Positions 10,219 to 20,581 of a DNA stretch of 64,000 bases are shown one piece after another. Under the pieces are notes generated by a model. The model saw only the letters and a list, made by a program, of their open reading frames with translations. It did not search any database and was not told the DNA's origin. The first letter of the stretch is position 1, and each line of letters opens with the position of its first letter. The DNA is from an uncultured bacterium (GTDB lineage: Bacteria; Babelota; Babeliae; Babelales; Babelaceae): positions 808,876 through 872,875 of the forward strand of contig CAWKFG010000004.1 of NCBI GenBank assembly GCA_963848965.1, read 5' to 3'. Position numbers and translations under genes: made by a program.

Positions 10219-11616
10219 ATGATAAAAATTGCACTCTTTATAGGCCTCATAAATATCATAAGTTGTCCTTTCTTCCACGCAATGCAAAAAGAGGTTATCA
10301 CCTCTAAGTCTACAACAAACAACACTAGCAATCTCACAAAAAAAGAAATCGCCCTTCTAAAAGAAACCTCTAACATTACAATTAAAAACAATCTTCTCCT
10401 AAAAACTGCAGGCAAGGGAGACACAGAAGCTGTAGAATTAATTCTGAACTGTGGGGCAGATATTAATGCTCAAGGAAGCAATCATGAAACAGCTTTAATA
10501 ATTGCTTCACACTTTGGATACATAACACTTGTAGAGTTACTCCTAAACAAAGGAGCAGATGTTACTAAACAAGATGCTCTATTAGGTAATACAGCTTTAT
10601 TAGATGCAGCAGAACGTGGCTACAATAAAATAGTAAACTTATTGTTAAATGCAGGTGCTGATATAGATGCTAAAAACACTGCTCTTGAAAATACAGCGTT
10701 AATAAACGCAGCATGGAAAGGGCATACACAAGTAGTAAAGACACTTTTAGACAAGAAAGCCACTATCGATGCTAAAAATAAAAACGGCGATACCGCCTTT
10801 ATGTGGGCAGCGTTAAATAACTATACAGATATAATGTCTCTACTTTTAGAAAGAGGAGCAAACATTAATGCCAAAAACGAGTTTGGTCAAACTGCTCTCA
10901 TGTGGGCAGCAGATCATAACAATTCAGAATTAATAACATTCCTTTTAAAAAACGGAGCAGATATTGATGCCAAAAATAACGAAGGTAAAACTGCCTTAGA
11001 CCATGCTATTAATAGTAAAGAAGCTCGACGATTATTAGAAATTTGTGCATTACCTGAAATAAGAGAATATCTTAAAGATACAATCGCTTATAGTAAAAAG
11101 AGCAGAGGCCCCATTATCGGCAGAGGTAAACAATGGATTACGCCAACATGGCTTATGATCGCTTGCATTTTCGGTCATATTGAATTTATATGTTCATTTA
11201 AGCATGACTCTCTCGAGTATATTAATGCAAAAGATTCTTATGGATGTACAGCCTTTGATTATGCTCTGCAATGCAACCCAAATAGTGTCGCTACCTTGAT
11301 CAATATGTTTGGTACAAAAATTAATCAATTAAGTTCACAACCAACTTCATTCGTTACCACTCTTATCTCTTACATTCCCTATCTTCGAACAAATAAAAAA
11401 GAAGAATTTCTTAATCTCGCTATAGAAAGAGGACATTTACCACTTGTTAATGCTCTTTTAAGCATAGGAGCACAACCTACTATAGAGCTTGCTCAAAAAG
11501 CTCGTGAAAATGGTTATCTAAAAATAATGAATAGGCTTGTTTTTTCAGCTCTTGCTTCTTTACCCCAAAATAAAAAATGCCCTTACATTACTTCTTTGAG
11601 CCACTTGTTTAAATAG
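10219..11616 (+). CDS. Secreted ankyrin-repeat protein, family A
   Basis: Ankyrin repeats plus TWLMIACIFGH...LLSIGAQPTIELAQ...LSHLFK. Confidence 0.92.
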   Translation: MIKIALFIGLINIISCPFFHAMQKEVITSKSTTNNTSNLTKKEIALLKETSNITIKNNLLLKTAGKGDTEAVELILNCGADINAQGSNHETALIIASHFGYITLVELLLNKGADVTKQDALLGNTALLDAAERGYNKIVNLLLNAGADIDAKNTALENTALINAAWKGHTQVVKTLLDKKATIDAKNKNGDTAFMWAALNNYTDIMSLLLERGANINAKNEFGQTALMWAADHNNSELITFLLKNGADIDAKNNEGKTALDHAINSKEARRLLEICALPEIREYLKDTIAYSKKSRGPIIGRGKQWITPTWLMIACIFGHIEFICSFKHDSLEYINAKDSYGCTAFDYALQCNPNSVATLINMFGTKINQLSSQPTSFVTTLISYIPYLRTNKKEEFLNLAIERGHLPLVNALLSIGAQPTIELAQKARENGYLKIMNRLVFSALASLPQNKKCPYITSLSHLFK

Positions 11617-11638
11617 CCCGAGCTTGAAAAATAATACG

Positions 11639-13189
11639 TTATAAAGTCCAGATATGGATCTCTTTTGAACCGAATGATACTACTTCATTAGAGATCTTTT
11701 CATCCCACGATTTAGCAGGATCTCTATCAAAAAGAAGAAGATGCGCTTCATGAGCATTACACAAATCAACATATTCAGTAGTCTGCTCTAAGCCTTTTCG
11801 TAATGTATCTTCTCCTCGCTTAATCTTAAGTTCAAGTACGTATCTATACTTGCCTTTCCATATAACAAACAAGTCTACTCGTTTGGTACCAACAGCATAC
11901 TCTCTATGTAGCTGACCTCCACCATTGATGATACGTTGCAGAAATGCCATAAGAAGTAAGTGAGGAAATGATTCTTTATAATCAAGTTTTGTACTATATG
12001 CTTCTGCATTCTCTCTAAAAAATTGCGTAAATGCCTCAAGAAGTTTAACCATATTCAATTTACCATTAGCCTCTACATACCAAGAAGTTTGGTGAGGAAT
12101 AATTTCTTGCAAAACATACGTAAGCGCTCGTGGAATAACTTGTTGATAAATAGGATTGGCTATATCCCAACTATTTTCCTTAACAAGTCCTAAGTCCCTT
12201 ACATATTGAATGTCCTCAGGATTAAAAGAAAGAGGATCTGATCCACTTATAATAGCATCTATAATACCTCTCACTCGTGGTTCATTAAGCCTATCTACTA
12301 AAGCACTTATATGCGTATCTCGCCGTAATATAAGCGTTTCTTTAGACCGCTCAATAACCTCTTTGGTAATAGGTATACTTCTATCAGTAACATCTCTAAA
12401 ACACGCTTGATAGGCAAGAGCATTTACTAACCATGGTTGACCTTGTGTTAGATAGTAAGCATAGCAAAGTGCTTCTTCTGTAAATTCTTGACCAGTTTCT
12501 GCCGTATGCTGCAAATATAAGTCTCTTACTTGTTGCTCTGTAAAGTTTTTAAGCAATAACGAGTCTGCTACTATGTTAAAAGGACTTAAAAGGATTCCTT
12601 TTTCCTGCTCTGCAAGAGACTGTAGTTTATAATCTTCAAGATTACGTACTCCTATAAGACAAACAGATTGAGGAAAATGTTTTGGTCTAGTAGTGTAACC
12701 AGTACGAAGTTGCTTTAAAAGAAATATCAATGAAGTTTCAACTAATCCATCTACTTCATCAAAGAAAAGTATTAATGGTTTAGAACTAGTTTCTGCCCAA
12801 AACTCTAAAAATTGAGAGAAAGAATCTTCTGGTATGGGAGTCTTTTCAAGAAGCTCTTGCGCAAAGATATGCGCCGCTTGCTCATAGGGTAGTTGTATCC
12901 GTATTTGCCTAGCAAATTGTGTTAAAAGCCAATAGACTGTTCTTTCAATATTATTCTTAGCTACATGCGCAGGTTCGGTAGTAAGATAAAGAGCTGTATA
13001 CTTATTACCGCTATTAAGATGCCTTGCATATTCTAAAACAGCAGTAGTTTTACCACTCTGTCGTGGAGCATGGAGCAAAAAATAATATTTATTATCAAGA
13101 AACTGATCTAACTTATTCCAATTTAACCGATGAGGTATAAAATAATGATCAGTAGGAATAATAGGACCTGCTATGCAAAATGTTTTCAT
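11639..13189 (-). CDS. AAA ATPase (AAA_35-like) with C-terminal PD-(D/E)xK-like domain
   Basis: Walker A APRQSGKTT, Walker B LFFDEVD, C-terminal REYAVGTKRVDL...LELK. Confidence 0.85.
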   Translation of the reverse strand: MKTFCIAGPIIPTDHYFIPHRLNWNKLDQFLDNKYYFLLHAPRQSGKTTAVLEYARHLNSGNKYTALYLTTEPAHVAKNNIERTVYWLLTQFARQIRIQLPYEQAAHIFAQELLEKTPIPEDSFSQFLEFWAETSSKPLILFFDEVDGLVETSLIFLLKQLRTGYTTRPKHFPQSVCLIGVRNLEDYKLQSLAEQEKGILLSPFNIVADSLLLKNFTEQQVRDLYLQHTAETGQEFTEEALCYAYYLTQGQPWLVNALAYQACFRDVTDRSIPITKEVIERSKETLILRRDTHISALVDRLNEPRVRGIIDAIISGSDPLSFNPEDIQYVRDLGLVKENSWDIANPIYQQVIPRALTYVLQEIIPHQTSWYVEANGKLNMVKLLEAFTQFFRENAEAYSTKLDYKESFPHLLLMAFLQRIINGGGQLHREYAVGTKRVDLFVIWKGKYRYVLELKIKRGEDTLRKGLEQTTEYVDLCNAHEAHLLLFDRDPAKSWDEKISNEVVSFGSKEIHIWTL

Positions 13190-13412
13190 CGATTCTCATA
13201 TATTAGAAAAATTTCGGGTTCATTAATAAACATAGCATAAGATATTATATGTGTCTAAAAACCGCTTTTTAAGTATTATCCAGATTATAAGTTCACTAAC
13301 AAATGTAACTATTTGGTATCAAAAATATCAGAATAAGCCTTTGCACTATTCATATTCTTTTACTATATTGGCTATTAGATGTATAGGCAAAACTTATTCT
13401 GGAGAAATATTC

Positions 13413-13955
13413 ATGAAGTATATTAGAACTTTTTATCTTTTTATATGTTTACTATCTTTTACTTCGCACATATTTAGCATGGGACTCCTAAAGTTCTTCT
13501 TTACGTCAGATAGCATAATTGCAGGATATGGAAGGAATTATGCAAGAGCTCAAATGATGGACAGGGTTGAAGAGAAGGTTGGATTTAGACCAGCCTTTAG
13601 TGAAAACGAATTACTACGAAATACAGCAACGTCTTTTTCTAAAGCATTTAGAGAAGAAGAGAAAAAAAGAGAACTTGAAGAATATACTCTTCTAAGAGAA
13701 CGACAAAAAAACGAGTTATGTGCAATAATTAGAGCACGTAAGGAAGATTGTACTATAATAGCTAGAAATATTGGATGGGAAAACAATACTAAAGCAGTTG
13801 AACGTATCAAGCAACACGTATTTCATTCTCCTATAGAGCCAACATTATTAACTGTTGAAATATGGGAACGATTATATCACAATAACTTTCTTAATGCAGA
13901 TCGTGAATGGATTGAGGAAAAATTTCTTGAATTAAGACTCGATGAAGAAACCTAA
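13413..13955 (+). CDS. Secreted protein with a non-catalytic copy of the toxin C-terminal domain
   Basis: Start MKYIRTFY after GGAG; IARNIG..RIKQHVF..WERL resembles IARNTG..RIKQHVF..WTRL of 15042-19382. Confidence 0.65.
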   Translation: MKYIRTFYLFICLLSFTSHIFSMGLLKFFFTSDSIIAGYGRNYARAQMMDRVEEKVGFRPAFSENELLRNTATSFSKAFREEEKKRELEEYTLLRERQKNELCAIIRARKEDCTIIARNIGWENNTKAVERIKQHVFHSPIEPTLLTVEIWERLYHNNFLNADREWIEEKFLELRLDEET

Positions 13956-14281
13956 CTTCCAAGATAGTAACTTCCATGTAGGTAATTTCGTAGCCCATCA
14001 CGTAAGTATGCAAAAAATTTATTAAGAAGCTGATTCACAGATTCTTGCATTACTTCTTTTCCTAATGGTGCTAGAAAGCATATCACCTGGACAATTTTTA
14101 TTTTATATTTAGACTTCAGCTCAGCCTTTATTTGCTCTATTATTAATTTTCTTTGGTTAAGAATGTGTGCGGGGACCTCTTCCTCTTCTATTAACCTATA
14201 CGCTTGCATTTTACAAGACAACAAACACGAAAAAACAAAAGCTATAAACGTAATAATCTTATAATCAATTCTCATATGCAA
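13952..14281 (-). CDS. Hypothetical secreted protein
   Basis: 109-aa ORF with hydrophobic N-terminus and upstream GAGG. Confidence 0.5.
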   Translation of the reverse strand: MHMRIDYKIITFIAFVFSCLLSCKMQAYRLIEEEEVPAHILNQRKLIIEQIKAELKSKYKIKIVQVICFLAPLGKEVMQESVNQLLNKFFAYLRDGLRNYLHGSYYLGS

Positions 14282-14329
14282 GTCCTCTTAAAGCAAGTTT
14301 TAATTGTTAAAAATTTATAAGTAAAATGA

Positions 14330-14635
14330 TTAAGAAGCAATACCTGTTTTCTCAGGAAATGGTTGGTTGCTTTTTAGAATTTGAAGCAGTCGACCCCCTA
14401 CCAGGTACATATAATAGGGATTTTCTAGAAAATATTTATCAGTTCGCTCTTCATCTACAATAAACTCTTGGTTCTTTTTATTTAATGAAGCATAACCATA
14501 AACTTTTTTTAACCTATACCTTATTTGGCCCTCTCGATGCATATATGGCTCTACTTCTATATTCATGAAAAACATATAGCTTACTGTTTCTAAGTCTTCT
14601 TCCATTTTTTGCATTCCTATATTTATAGCCATCAT
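14330..14635 (-). CDS. Putative orphan immunity protein
   Basis: Paralog of 14736-15038 (ED.ETV.Y.F, NK...EF..D...TD.YFL, P...IAS). Confidence 0.65.
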   Translation of the reverse strand: MMAINIGMQKMEEDLETVSYMFFMNIEVEPYMHREGQIRYRLKKVYGYASLNKKNQEFIVDEERTDKYFLENPYYMYLVGGRLLQILKSNQPFPEKTGIAS

Positions 14636-14735
14636 ACTCCTAAATACTTAGAGCCTTTCAAGGATAAATTTTTCTTATAGCATCATGAGAAATACTACAT
14701 AAAGTACCTTACTTAAAGAAGCTTAATTTATAAGC

Positions 14736-15038
14736 CTAGCCAGAAGCTATTTCATAAAGCTCTGGATATTTATTTTGCTCTTTAAATCGAAGAAGTAAAG
14801 CATGAATTTCTTCAGCTTCTCTGTTACGTTTGCTTAAAAAATAGAGATCTGTTTTTTTAGTATCAAGCACAAATTCTCCCGTGATCTTGTTAAAGCTACT
14901 TATTCCCCATACAGTCTTAAGAATTTGTTTAGGATGACCTCTTTGATCAATTTCTTGTAAAGATTCCCATATATTTGTTTCAAATTTATACAAAACAGTT
15001 TCTGCATCTTCATTTAACTTATGTAATAATACGAACAT
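14736..15038 (-). CDS. Putative cognate immunity protein
   Basis: 100-aa ORF starting 3 bp after the toxin stop; no signal peptide. Confidence 0.65.
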   Translation of the reverse strand: MFVLLHKLNEDAETVLYKFETNIWESLQEIDQRGHPKQILKTVWGISSFNKITGEFVLDTKKTDLYFLSKRNREAEEIHALLLRFKEQNKYPELYEIASG

Positions 15039-15041
15039 TTT

Positions 15042-18000
15042 TTAGCTCTCTCCTAAATAAGTAGGATAACTCCAAGGAGCCCCCCTAGCTTTTTGCGCTA
15101 TATCATGAGCATTTCCTGCTTTAATCTTGTATAGCTTTTCAAGCCTTGCTTCTATATACTCATGTTCTAAGAGTTTAATATCGTTTACAGTAAAATCTCC
15201 CTGAAATAACCTTGTCCATGAAGATGCCATCTCTTTATCCGGGTCAAATTTGCTTACAGTGCCATCTCTTTTTGAATGTTCATTAAAGAAAACATGCTGC
15301 TTAATCCTTTTTATCCAATGTTCAGGTAAGCCAGTATTTCGTGCTATTTTTGCAACATCGTCTTGAGCTCTAATAAGATCGTACATTCTTGCCGCCCATT
15401 TATTTGCTAACTCTATGTTCTGTACCTGAGATAGACTAGAATTATGCGGTATTATATATCTGCACCATTCTCCAGTATCTATTTTTTTATAAAGCTCAAC
15501 AACACTATTATCGTTGTTTATTATTTCTATTTTTATAGGAGTTTGCTTTATTCTTAATCCTTCTAAATGCGGTGCTCTATAAATTGAATGTATTTTAGCC
15601 TTCTGCTCTGCTTCTGTAAATATTGGCACAACTTTATTAACTTTTGTTGTGCATCTTAATGCAAACTCCTTAGAATACTCTGGAAACACAACTTGTGGTT
15701 CCCATATAGTATTGATTTGTGGCAATCCTTGTTCACTCTTTATTGTTTCTTCTACTGCTATAGCATTACATAAAATTTCCTCTTCCAAGATCCTAATATC
15801 TCTTTGAAATCCGTGTATAATAGCATCTTTAACTTTTTTGTTTGCATCCGTAATAGGCCCAAGAAGTTTTACATGCTCTGCACATTGATCTTTCAGCTTT
15901 TGTATTTGCTGTATCCCCTTGTCTAAAATTAAGCTAATCTCATTCTCTGCTTCATGAAAATATGTCCTATAAGAAGGATTATTGAGGGTAAAATGCTCTG
16001 GACTAGGAGAGACTTTAACTCCTGAAGGATTAGAAGCACCATTTTTTAAAACCGATATCAGTTGTGTTGGAGGACTTGCTTCTCCTGATAAAATACGAGG
16101 TTTAGGTAAAATCTCTGGTATTGGTCTTTCAATATCATACCTTGCAGATGTAGGAATCCCTGATACAACTTCTGCTCTTAAAGGACCACCCTCTCTTTTA
16201 AACGCTGCCTTTAAATTTTTTCTAACTGCAGGAACTATATTATGAACCTTAGCAACTTTAAGCAAATTTGCTGTAGATCGCAGACCATGCTTAATATCTA
16301 TGGCATGCGAAGCACTTGCTCCAAGCATCTCTCCTAAATCATACGCACTAGCCTTTTTGGCTTTATCAAGATATGTATAGAATGACTGAACAAAGTGCTC
16401 TTTTATTACTTGTCTTTTTTCAGAATCCCAACAAGCAGCTACAAGCTGTCCAATTCCTTGAGCTGCAGAAACAAGTCCTTCAGCAACGCCCATAGGATCC
16501 GTAACACACTTACCAAGGAATCTAACACCTTCAAGAGCAGACCTAAACCGTTCAACAACAAAGGACTTACCAAACCCTGCTATAAGATCTGTGCAGGTTT
16601 GAGTCGCTCTATAGCTCATTAAAATATTACTTGAACAGTTAAAGTCAGTTGCCATACCTGCAACACTTCCTATAGTTTCTGCAAGTGGTCTATCAGCTAT
16701 ATCTCCTCTATAATAAATCTCAGCTGTTTGGTTAAAAATGCCATTTATTGTATTTTGTAAAGTCTGCTGTACAGGATTATCAAAAACAGTATGGAATTTA
16801 GCAGAATCAACGCTTATATGCGCTCCAAAATCCAATGCATAGGAGCTAAGTTGGGTTCTTTGAGGCAAAAAGTGCATAGAGTCTAGATGTAATGGTTCAT
16901 TTTTATCAACAGACAGAGATGGTGATTCTGCAGGTACTGGAGAAGGCACAATTTCTGATTGAACCTTGCTATCAGGTAAAGATTTTTGTTCTGTAGAAGG
17001 AGAATAAACAGAACTTTTAAGTGAGCTTTGATCTTGTGGTACTTTAGACTGGGGAGCAGAATCTTTTTCTGCACTTGGTAAAGATATTTTAGAAGTTTCT
17101 CCAGTGTTACTTGAAGAAAGAGCGCCAGTTGAGTGGGGGCTAGCAGAACTTGTAGGTGTTGCAGAAGGCACTGATTTACTTGGTGTTGGTTGTGAAGTAT
17201 TTGAGGGAGCACCTATTCTATTAATTGCAGCGTTAACAAGACATGTACGTAATACTCCTATATCGTTTTGCGAATGATTACCTTCATACAATCGTTGCCA
17301 AGAACGTACGAGTTCTTCAGGAGCTGTTACTTGAGGGTTATTAAAATAGGCATTTTTAACTCTTTGAACTCGCTCTTGAGTAAACCCACTATTTCTTGAA
17401 ACTCGTTGAAGATCATCGTTATAGCCTCTTATTTGACTAAGTAACTCTGAAGCTGTTGATTGAGATGCAGGAGACGGAGTTGAAGGCATAGGAAAAGGAG
17501 CTGTTTGAGGCTTTGAAGAAAGTGTTTCCCGAAGCCAATTACGTAACCCATTAAGAGCACTGTCTATTAACTCATTTGCCATTTCTTGAGCAACTTCTTT
17601 TCCAAATTCTTTTGCAAGGCCCTTTGTATGTCCAAATGTTCGTTGTGTAGCACTAGGAGGTTGCTGTGCTGCTTTTAGCATATCATTTATTTTGCTTAAC
17701 TTTTCTTCATCTATTTTAATATCATTCAAAGAAGGTTTATTTTTAGAAGGTTTAGGAGGTCTTTCGGAATTTATAAAGGGTATCTCATGATCTTGCGGTT
17801 TCGGTGCTATTTTTTCAGACAAGGATGTACTGCTTGGAAGACTTGCTTTCTGAATGGTATCTCTGATATTTTTAATAGAAGCATCACTACTTATGTTGGG
17901 CTGTGATGGCAATGAGGTACTTACATTAGAGGATTTACCTAATTCAGGCTTAGGGCTTTCTTTATGCGAAAAATCTTCTTTTAGATTTTCTTGAGAGACA

Positions 18001-19382
18001 AGATTTTTACTTAGATTTGACTTTAATAGCTCTGCTGGTGCCATTTCTGCTGAAGAGGAATTAGCTTGAACGCTGCTTCCCTGATTTTTCTTTCCCTTTT
18101 CTTGGCCACTCTTATCTTCGGCCTTTGAACTGGCTATGTTTTGAGAAGATAAAGGAACACTTGCTTTTGCTAGAGGTGGTTTACTTGTAGTAACGCTTGG
18201 AGCAACTTGTTCTGGACCCTTCAATGGAGAGCTATGTTCTTTTGCTTTTGGCAAGTCACTATTAGGTAGCTTAGGAATAGGAGAAGATGGCAAACCTGTT
18301 TCTAACAGCTTACTTGGTAGAATATTCTGTTCCGAAGGAAGCTGTGCACAATTACTGTACTTATTCTTGATAGCTTTAACAAATTTTTTTCCTGCCTTTA
18401 TATTAAGTTCTCTTTCTTTTTCACGTCCTTCTCTACTTTCTCTGATATCACGAGGAATTTGAAGAAATGAGCGCATATCTTTACATTCAATCATTTCTTC
18501 TTTATAAAGGTCCTTTAGTTTGCTTTGTCCTACTGTAGACCTTTTAATTGAAGCTGGAAATTGTTGGAATTCTTCTACGCTTGTACAGCTCTGCATTTGA
18601 GTATGGAGCTGTTGTAGTTTTTCAGGCGTAAATATTTGTTTTGCTAGGTGAGGAACTCCTGTACGTATGCTCTCTGGTAAACCTCCATGTTGTAGCGGAG
18701 TACCCTGCTGCGGAAATATACCACATTTCTTATCATATTCATTGTTAGCATATTGCTCATTGTAAGGTATTGACTCAAATTGGTCAGGAAGAGGTAAAGG
18801 TGGGTTTCCAGAAGTTGTTTTAGTTGGTGGTACTTGCCGAGAAGGGGCTGTTGACAAGCTAGGTCCATTTTTTGTTGATGGGGGTTTAGGTAACGGATCA
18901 GACAGAGGTGGAGATACAGGAGGCTTAGCATTTTTTGCTAACGTTCTAGAACTTGGGGGTAGAAGTTCTTTAAAACTACCTGGAGAAGAAGTAGTAGTGG
19001 CAACACCATCATGCATAGTGTTTGTTGTAACGCAGTATACATTAGGAATAGAATCAAGCTTTTTACTGTGTACATCACTTACAAGGTTTGATAAAGCGCT
19101 GTTCGTAGGTTTGAGAGAAGAAAATTTTTCAGAAAGAATCTGACAATCGGATGATTTAGAAGGGCAAATAATAGCAGTTAAGGTAGTTTCTTGCGCTTTC
19201 AGCTCTTTGTAAAGATGGAGCTCATTTCCTTCTCTGTCCTTGACGACTCCTATTTTAAACTGGGCAGAAGGTATTAGATCCTTATCTTTTATACGGTCCT
19301 GTGGAGGTAATGAACTTTTTAAAGTCAAAAATAGTGAGCTAAGTAAAATAAAAACTATACAGTAATTATATCCCTTATACAT
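15042..19382 (-). CDS. Large secreted polymorphic-toxin-like protein: P/S-rich stalk, C-terminal HExxE...AH domain
   Basis: Signal peptide; low-complexity P/S/K regions; C-terminal IARNTG..IKQHVF..FDPD..SWTRL..LLEHEYIE..AHDIA; two small paralogous genes follow. Confidence 0.7.
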   Translation of the reverse strand: MYKGYNYCIVFILLSSLFLTLKSSLPPQDRIKDKDLIPSAQFKIGVVKDREGNELHLYKELKAQETTLTAIICPSKSSDCQILSEKFSSLKPTNSALSNLVSDVHSKKLDSIPNVYCVTTNTMHDGVATTTSSPGSFKELLPPSSRTLAKNAKPPVSPPLSDPLPKPPSTKNGPSLSTAPSRQVPPTKTTSGNPPLPLPDQFESIPYNEQYANNEYDKKCGIFPQQGTPLQHGGLPESIRTGVPHLAKQIFTPEKLQQLHTQMQSCTSVEEFQQFPASIKRSTVGQSKLKDLYKEEMIECKDMRSFLQIPRDIRESREGREKERELNIKAGKKFVKAIKNKYSNCAQLPSEQNILPSKLLETGLPSSPIPKLPNSDLPKAKEHSSPLKGPEQVAPSVTTSKPPLAKASVPLSSQNIASSKAEDKSGQEKGKKNQGSSVQANSSSAEMAPAELLKSNLSKNLVSQENLKEDFSHKESPKPELGKSSNVSTSLPSQPNISSDASIKNIRDTIQKASLPSSTSLSEKIAPKPQDHEIPFINSERPPKPSKNKPSLNDIKIDEEKLSKINDMLKAAQQPPSATQRTFGHTKGLAKEFGKEVAQEMANELIDSALNGLRNWLRETLSSKPQTAPFPMPSTPSPASQSTASELLSQIRGYNDDLQRVSRNSGFTQERVQRVKNAYFNNPQVTAPEELVRSWQRLYEGNHSQNDIGVLRTCLVNAAINRIGAPSNTSQPTPSKSVPSATPTSSASPHSTGALSSSNTGETSKISLPSAEKDSAPQSKVPQDQSSLKSSVYSPSTEQKSLPDSKVQSEIVPSPVPAESPSLSVDKNEPLHLDSMHFLPQRTQLSSYALDFGAHISVDSAKFHTVFDNPVQQTLQNTINGIFNQTAEIYYRGDIADRPLAETIGSVAGMATDFNCSSNILMSYRATQTCTDLIAGFGKSFVVERFRSALEGVRFLGKCVTDPMGVAEGLVSAAQGIGQLVAACWDSEKRQVIKEHFVQSFYTYLDKAKKASAYDLGEMLGASASHAIDIKHGLRSTANLLKVAKVHNIVPAVRKNLKAAFKREGGPLRAEVVSGIPTSARYDIERPIPEILPKPRILSGEASPPTQLISVLKNGASNPSGVKVSPSPEHFTLNNPSYRTYFHEAENEISLILDKGIQQIQKLKDQCAEHVKLLGPITDANKKVKDAIIHGFQRDIRILEEEILCNAIAVEETIKSEQGLPQINTIWEPQVVFPEYSKEFALRCTTKVNKVVPIFTEAEQKAKIHSIYRAPHLEGLRIKQTPIKIEIINNDNSVVELYKKIDTGEWCRYIIPHNSSLSQVQNIELANKWAARMYDLIRAQDDVAKIARNTGLPEHWIKRIKQHVFFNEHSKRDGTVSKFDPDKEMASSWTRLFQGDFTVNDIKLLEHEYIEARLEKLYKIKAGNAHDIAQKARGAPWSYPTYLGES

Positions 19383-19645
19383 GCACTTTTCTTTCTATTG
19401 TTGGTACAGTATTACCATTTATTTTAATTCGCATAATATATTTGTCAATGTGGTCATTTATTTTTAATTAAACTTAAATTTATGTAATAAAAATCATCCA
19501 GTATTTTTCGCTAATTCCTATAAGAAGCCACACGTAAAAACTTTTATTAGGATATATTTATCAATATAAGCTGTCGTACATTTGAGCTTATTCTTGAATC
19601 AAACTTTGGCAATACTTAAAGAAAGTAGAAAATAATCAGTTTTTG

Positions 19646-20131
19646 TTAAGCTTCATTAATAAGCCATATTTCGTAGTTTAAATAGAGAGCAAAAATTACC
19701 CATAAAGCATAGGGTACTAAAAGTAGTGCTGCTAGACGCGAACAGCGCCATATAAATGCGATAAGAAATACTATACTTAAAAAAACAAACTGAGCATCTA
19801 AAAAAGCTAGAGAGATGTTTTTCCTATAAAAAAAGAAGTAGCTCCACAATACATTGAGCATTCCATTTACTCCAAATAAACTCATAATGGTCCACATATA
19901 AGGATCTCGTGTACATATATTCCATACAATGAGAAGTGAAAATACTGTTAAAGTACCAATAAGAGTCCATATAACAGAAAAAACCCAATCGGGTGGAGTA
20001 AGCGCAGGAAGCAAAATGTCTTCGTGATACCATTGTATACCTTGCATAGTAAACCATCTTCCCAATCCTAGAATGAGTATCACCAATCCTGGGATTATAA
20101 GATAATTAATTTTAAGGTACAGGGTCTTCAT
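19646..20131 (-). CDS. tspO: TspO/MBR tryptophan-rich sensory protein
   Basis: WY..P..TPPDWVFSVIWT, LNVLWSYFFF, LLVPYALW..FA.YLN. Confidence 0.92.
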   Translation of the reverse strand: MKTLYLKINYLIIPGLVILILGLGRWFTMQGIQWYHEDILLPALTPPDWVFSVIWTLIGTLTVFSLLIVWNICTRDPYMWTIMSLFGVNGMLNVLWSYFFFYRKNISLAFLDAQFVFLSIVFLIAFIWRCSRLAALLLVPYALWVIFALYLNYEIWLINEA

Positions 20132-20475
20132 TGCAACTTTCGCTTTTGATCAGGAGATAAACTTGCAAGCTCTTTACTTAAAAAATAACTAAGAAATGTT
20201 CGAATTAATACAAGTAATGCGAGCAACCCTACATCATAATAGGTCGGACGTGTAATCGATTTGATAATATCAGCACCAACCATAAACTCTAATCCAAGAA
20301 TAATGTCATGGCCAAGCCTTAATCTGATACCATTTACGTCTATGGAAGACCTTCGTAGGACCGATGCTATAAAAGTATATAATGATCTGAATGCACCAAA
20401 AGCAATTACCGCTACTCCAATAGTAGAAATAAGCGAACTAACTAGTAATGAAACATCAATTAAAGAAATCATCAT
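20128..20475 (-). CDS. DUF1622 family membrane protein
   Basis: RLRLGHDIILGLEFMVGADIIKSI...LIRTFLSYFLSKE; stop overlaps the tspO start. Confidence 0.85.
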   Translation of the reverse strand: MMISLIDVSLLVSSLISTIGVAVIAFGAFRSLYTFIASVLRRSSIDVNGIRLRLGHDIILGLEFMVGADIIKSITRPTYYDVGLLALLVLIRTFLSYFLSKELASLSPDQKRKLQ

Positions 20476-20581
20476 TACTCCTTTGTTTACTAGCATTTTA
20501 CTAATAGAACAGTATAAAAGCAAGAGAATCCCAAGCTTGAGATTCTCTTACCTTATTTACATTTTAAAAATGCTGTACAAT

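Noticed and set aside
13251..13412. Upstream extension of the 234-aa ORF
   Set aside because: The RBS and signal peptide point to ATG 13413; the extension covers the divergent promoter region.
16883..18931. Alternative-frame ORFs and P/S-rich repeats within the toxin gene
   Set aside because: Low-complexity by-products with no RBS and no discrete tandem repeat unit.
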